Positions 60,249 to 64,000 of a DNA stretch of 64,000 nucleotides are shown in pieces. The stretch is from positions 672,001 through 736,000 of the forward strand of contig OZ244651.1 of the NCBI GenBank assembly GCA_965218695.1, written 5' to 3'. Every line of letters starts with the position of its first letter. Position 1 is the stretch's first letter. The stretch is from Nitrosopumilus sp. (GTDB lineage Archaea; Thermoproteota; Nitrososphaeria; Nitrososphaerales; Nitrosopumilaceae). The notes below the pieces were generated by a model. The model was not told the origin of the DNA and made no database searches. It saw nothing but the letters and a program-made list of their open reading frames with translations. A program made the position numbers and the translations under genes.

Positions 60249-63200
60249 GTGGCCACGATTGTACCCGCGGGGCTGATTGCGTTAATTGTGTTTGCCGCGG
60301 TTCCCGCGCATGCAGACATAGAGTCCGAGCGCCTGGCCAATTTTGAGCACCAGAAGTGGTGGGTCGGCAAAGACCTGGACGTGGGCGACATGTTCATTTA
60401 CGAGTTGTGCGACCCCGACACGTTCTCCGGCCTGTACGGCGGGCAGCCCTGGAATGAACGCTGCTATCACATCTCACTCCACTTCGTCACGCTGCTTTTG
60501 GGCGGTTCCGGGCCCGAATGGGTGGTCCAGGCCGTGGCCGTAAACGGGGCAGGCGACAGGCAGTACGACGTGTACAACATAGACGCCGACACGATGCAGA
60601 TAAACAGGCTGACTGACGACCGCGGGATTGCCAAGGCCGTCCAGCGCACCATATTCGGGCTCACTGATTTTACCACCAAGGGCGCAAAACCGCTGATCGT
60701 CGGTGAAAGCTGGGGCGCGGTAAACTCTGCCATATCCCCGCCAATCAAATTCGTCGTAAGGGACGTGGCAATAGACGACAACGACCGTGAGGTGTTTCGC
60801 GCAGGATACACCACGACGTCCCCGTCGCTGCACAGGATAACGCTAAACGAGCCGTTCCCACTGGGCGCGGACGTGTACAACCCGCACAGGCTGCAGCCCG
60901 GTTCTGACAGGCTTTACAGTTATGATCTCGTGTGGAGGGGCAATTCGTTTTCCGACGACTTTAACGATGATGACTGGTTTGGCGTACTAGGCGGCCTGGA
61001 GGCCGGGGCATTCAAGGGCCTTCCAAAACTGGCCGCGGATCCCGGAGCCGCCGTCTTTGATTTTTGCACGCTTGACGTCCTCGAACCTGCCGCACCCGCC
61101 GCCGATTTGTTCGACGAGTTGGATTTGGTTGACGAGTTGGACGCAGAGTTTCTGGACGATTCCGCCGAGTACGTAGTTGAGGTTGAAGTAGATGGCGAGG
61201 CCGACGTTCCAGAATTGCCGGAAGACACGCCGGCCATCGTGGACGTGATAGAACCGGTCACCGACGTTTATGAGGACGTCACTGTAGACGAGACCGGTCC
61301 GTCAATAGGCGGCACGCCGGCGTTTGAGTACTGCGTCGATCTGCTCAACTCGGAAGGACTGACCGTGGTGCAATACGAGTTTGAACCCTTGCCAGAAGTC
61401 GACATTGACGTGAATTTTGACGGTAAAATCATTGAGGATGAATTATTTGCAGGCGGCTTTCCCAATGAGGAAATTCTTCCAGAGCAGGATTTTGTAGATT
61501 TGGAGGACGATTTGTTTGATTTCCCAGAGGACGACGCGCCACAGGAGTTTGATCCGCCGGAATTTGAAGACGTCCGGCCCGGTCCGAATTTGCCGGAAAT
61601 CGAGGCCGTAGAAGAGCAGGTCGAGGCAGATCAGTTCGGCCCCGAACTGCCAAGCAATTTCACCGGATCTGAAGAAACGCCATCCGTGGCCGAAGTCGTG
61701 ATAATGGAGGAGGTTTCAGACGAAACCGTTCCTGAAGAGAGCGTTCCAGACACCACTTCGGATGAAATTGTTCCCGAGGCCACGGACAAAAACGTGGACA
61801 TTCTGTCTGGGATCATCGATGGAATGACGGGGTTCTTTGACGACATCGTGGGGTTCTTTGACGACATCGTGGGGTTCTTTGACGACATCGTGGGGTTCTT
61901 TGGTGGGTTGGGCGACGTGCTTGCTGGCGTGTTTGTCATGACGGCAAACGTGCTGGAAGTTGCACCTGAAGCATACGCGCAGTCTGACGATGACAACGTG
62001 ATTCAGCGGCTCCTAGATATCATAACCGGAAACAGCACGGCCGACGATATCCGCGACCATATTGAAAAAGAGATCTTGGATTTACAGAATCGGTTGGAAT
62101 CCGAGAATGATGACGGTCCGGCGTTTGACGCGGATGATTTGATATGGATCCCGGGCAAGATGATCGAAGGCTTGCAATACGAGGGAATGGTGTTGTTTGG
62201 TGACGCTGCAAACGACCCTAGGACGGTAATCCTGGCATCGTCTGATTCTGACGTCCTGGAAGTCGAGCGCGAGATAGTCGTGCAGGCGGGCAGGAATTCG
62301 GCCATATTTGGGATAGTCGCAAAGTCAGGCGGCACGGCCAAGGTGTATGCTGCAATGGGCGGGGAGGCCTTGGCGACTGACGACGGCACGGTATACGAGA
62401 TCAACACGGATCCGTACCAGATAATGCTGATTGCCCCGAATACTGACGGTTCGGCAATTCAAGACGACATATTTTCGTTCCCTGACGACATTCAAGTTCC
62501 AGACGGGTTTGATTTTCCGGACGGTACGGATTCATTCAACGATCCAGTGGATTCTGCCGACACGATGGTTGGCACGGATACCGTGCCGGTATTAGTTTAC
62601 GTGTTGGATCAGAACGGATCCCCGGCAGTCGTGGATACAGACATCGTGTTGAATATGGGTGCGTCTGTGGGCATCAGTGTTCCGGAGACAATCACGATTC
62701 CCGCGGGTTCCAGCCATAACAAACTCGTGGCAGGCATAGACCGGAGCGGCAGCATGCACGCGGCGGCCTCCGGCCTCCGGCCACACACCATCAATGTAGA
62801 CCACACGGTTGACAACATCGACGTGATGTTTGCAGTCGCGCCCACCGTAATAGCAGAAGGATCCGCCGCGTACTATTACGTCTGGCTGGAAAATGACGGC
62901 AAGCCGTACAAACCCGGCAGCATTATTGACGTTCAGCTTACTTCGTCAGACAGGGGCGTGGCTGGATTCGGCCGCGCATACACGGACGTGGAATTTGCCG
63001 GGTACGCGAATACGAATACGGTCAGGGACAAGGTACTGACCGTGCAGATGACCGATGGCCTCGCGCGCGGTTTCGTGTATACCGGGGAACGCGGCATCGC
63101 TACCCTGACGGCCTCGGTTTCCCAATATGGGACAGCGTCTTACGGCGTGCACGTGGGGGCAACCAGCATAAGCGATGCCGGACTGTGCACAGAATCCGAT

Positions 63201-64000
63201 GACGGATCCGCGTCTATTGGAAGGCAGAACCCGACCAATCTCATAGTGTGGCTCATGCCGGCCGTCACGGACTCTGTCGCGTACGCCGTGGTGGCGCAAT
63301 ATTCGATCATGAACGTCGAGACCGAATCGGAACAAGACGGATTCGTGCAGGCGCCTCCTGACGAGGACTTGCTACCAGGTGATCTGTCCGACGAGGAGCA
63401 GCAAGGACTTGACTTGATCACGGCGCTGTTCTCGCTTTCACAGGGCGCGCTCGGTGCCGGCATTTTCGAGGAAGGCTGCATAGCCACACCGATGCCGTTT
63501 ACTGAACAGTTCATCACCATGTCGTCCGGCGAAGGGGCGGTGCATGACGGGATATATGACACGCTGAACCCGTATGGAATCCGCAACGCGGCAGTCGAGT
63601 TTCCGATAGAATTCCGGACTACCGGCGAGCACACGATACGCGTGGTCGGCAACGAAATAGGGGTGTTTGGCGAGACCGAGGATCTGATGGGTTCCTGGAC
63701 GGAAGCAGACGAATGGGAGGCCACGATTCGCGTGGAAAACACGCACGCCGACGACTATTCGCTGGGAATCACGACGCTGCCGTTTGGCTCGGACGGATTA
63801 AGCGAGGTCGCGATGGTCTACCTGCAGGACGGCCAAGGCAGTCTGGTGGACACGAATTCCCTGCCGCTGCGCACGCGGGATCTGATAATATCGCAGGCCG
63901 CGTCGGATTTCAAAGTCAACAGGTATAACAACGCGTTCATACTCAGCGCCGACCTGAACAAGACAGACGGCGTGGCGGTCTCGACCACCGGCCTGGCTCC
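60249..64000 (+). CDS. Very large secreted acidic surface protein, 3'-partial (>1250 aa; absent from the ORF track because it has no stop in the window)
   Basis: GTG start, signal peptide MATIVPAGLIALIVFAAVPAHA, WWVGKDLDVGDMFIYELC domain, long D/E/P-rich linker and Ig-like segments (LASSDSDV, LTSSD.GVA, G.ATLTAS). No stop in the segments translated by hand. Confidence 0.82.
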   Translation, partial: MATIVPAGLIALIVFAAVPAHADIESERLANFEHQKWWVGKDLDVGDMFIYELCDPDTFSGLYGGQPWNERCYHISLHFVTLLLGGSGPEWVVQAVAVNGAGDRQYDVYNIDADTMQINRLTDDRGIAKAVQRTIFGLTDFTTKGAKPLIVGESWGAVNSAISPPIKFVVRDVAIDDNDREVFRAGYTTTSPSLHRITLNEPFPLGADVYNPHRLQPGSDRLYSYDLVWRGNSFSDDFNDDDWFGVLGGLEAGAFKGLPKLAADPGAAVFDFCTLDVLEPAAPAADLFDELDLVDELDAEFLDDSAEYVVEVEVDGEADVPELPEDTPAIVDVIEPVTDVYEDVTVDETGPSIGGTPAFEYCVDLLNSEGLTVVQYEFEPLPEVDIDVNFDGKIIEDELFAGGFPNEEILPEQDFVDLEDDLFDFPEDDAPQEFDPPEFEDVRPGPNLPEIEAVEEQVEADQFGPELPSNFTGSEETPSVAEVVIMEEVSDETVPEESVPDTTSDEIVPEATDKNVDILSGIIDGMTGFFDDIVGFFDDIVGFFDDIVGFFGGLGDVLAGVFVMTANVLEVAPEAYAQSDDDNVIQRLLDIITGNSTADDIRDHIEKEILDLQNRLESENDDGPAFDADDLIWIPGKMIEGLQYEGMVLFGDAANDPRTVILASSDSDVLEVEREIVVQAGRNSAIFGIVAKSGGTAKVYAAMGGEALATDDGTVYEINTDPYQIMLIAPNTDGSAIQDDIFSFPDDIQVPDGFDFPDGTDSFNDPVDSADTMVGTDTVPVLVYVLDQNGSPAVVDTDIVLNMGASVGISVPETITIPAGSSHNKLVAGIDRSGSMHAAASGLRPHTINVDHTVDNIDVMFAVAPTVIAEGSAAYYYVWLENDGKPYKPGSIIDVQLTSSDRGVAGFGRAYTDVEFAGYANTNTVRDKVLTVQMTDGLARGFVYTGERGIATLTASVSQYGTASYGVHVGATSISDAGLCTESDDGSASIGRQNPTNLIVWLMPAVTDSVAYAVVAQYSIMNVETESEQDGFVQAPPDEDLLPGDLSDEEQQGLDLITALFSLSQGALGAGIFEEGCIATPMPFTEQFITMSSGEGAVHDGIYDTLNPYGIRNAAVEFPIEFRTTGEHTIRVVGNEIGVFGETEDLMGSWTEADEWEATIRVENTHADDYSLGITTLPFGSDGLSEVAMVYLQDGQGSLVDTNSLPLRTRDLIISQAASDFKVNRYNNAFILSADLNKTDGVAVSTTGLA
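61829..61902 (+). repeat. 21-bp coding tandem repeat x3.5 (GFFDDIV)
   Basis: ggggttctttgacgacatcgt repeated exactly three times plus a partial copy. Confidence 0.92.

Noticed and set aside
61829-61902. 21-bp direct repeats as a CRISPR array
   Set aside because: The repeats are contiguous with no spacers, lie in frame inside a CDS, and no cas genes are present.
1-64000. tRNA, rRNA, integrase, relaxase, reverse transcriptase or TnpB/IscB genes
   Set aside because: No diagnostic motifs were recognised by eye. A covariance-model or HMM search would be needed to exclude them fully.

Overview
The window looks like an ammonia-oxidising archaeon (Nitrososphaerota, Nitrosopumilaceae-like). Its fairly high GC and heavy IS load suggest a host-associated lineage, which is an inference. 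Bases 1-27.6 kb hold mostly ordinary genes: MqnE-like radical SAM, Lrp, DnaJ-domain protein, Ca/Na antiporter, HD protein, FAD oxidoreductase, SOD, SNF2 helicase, ArsC/Spx and DppBC. From about 29 kb to the right edge lies a decaying accessory region. It contains pilin-like genes, large secreted proteins, a VirB4-like ATPase, a FlaI/TadA/VirB11-like ATPase, an ArdC-like protein, a divergent TFB, paired Zn-ribbon genes and a DUF4238-like pseudogene. It also holds a roughly 1545-codon S-layer (SlaA-like) gene that lacks its normal first codons and promoter and is split by two IS630 elements. I delimited 13 IS elements by their terminal inverted repeats (TIRs) and target-site duplications (TSDs): IS66 x3, IS6, IS481, IS5-type x5, IS630 x2 and ISH3, about 18.1 kb or 28% of the window, several of them nested. 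The two best candidates for an undescribed system are (i) a 5'-decapitated S-layer cassette abutting a conjugation/pilus island, possibly S-layer switching or replacement by site-specific recombination, and (ii) a T4P/T4SS hybrid island with apparently leaderless pilins and its own TFB. No integrase, relaxase, tRNA, rRNA or CRISPR array was recognised. All family calls come from motif recognition by eye; no database search was run.
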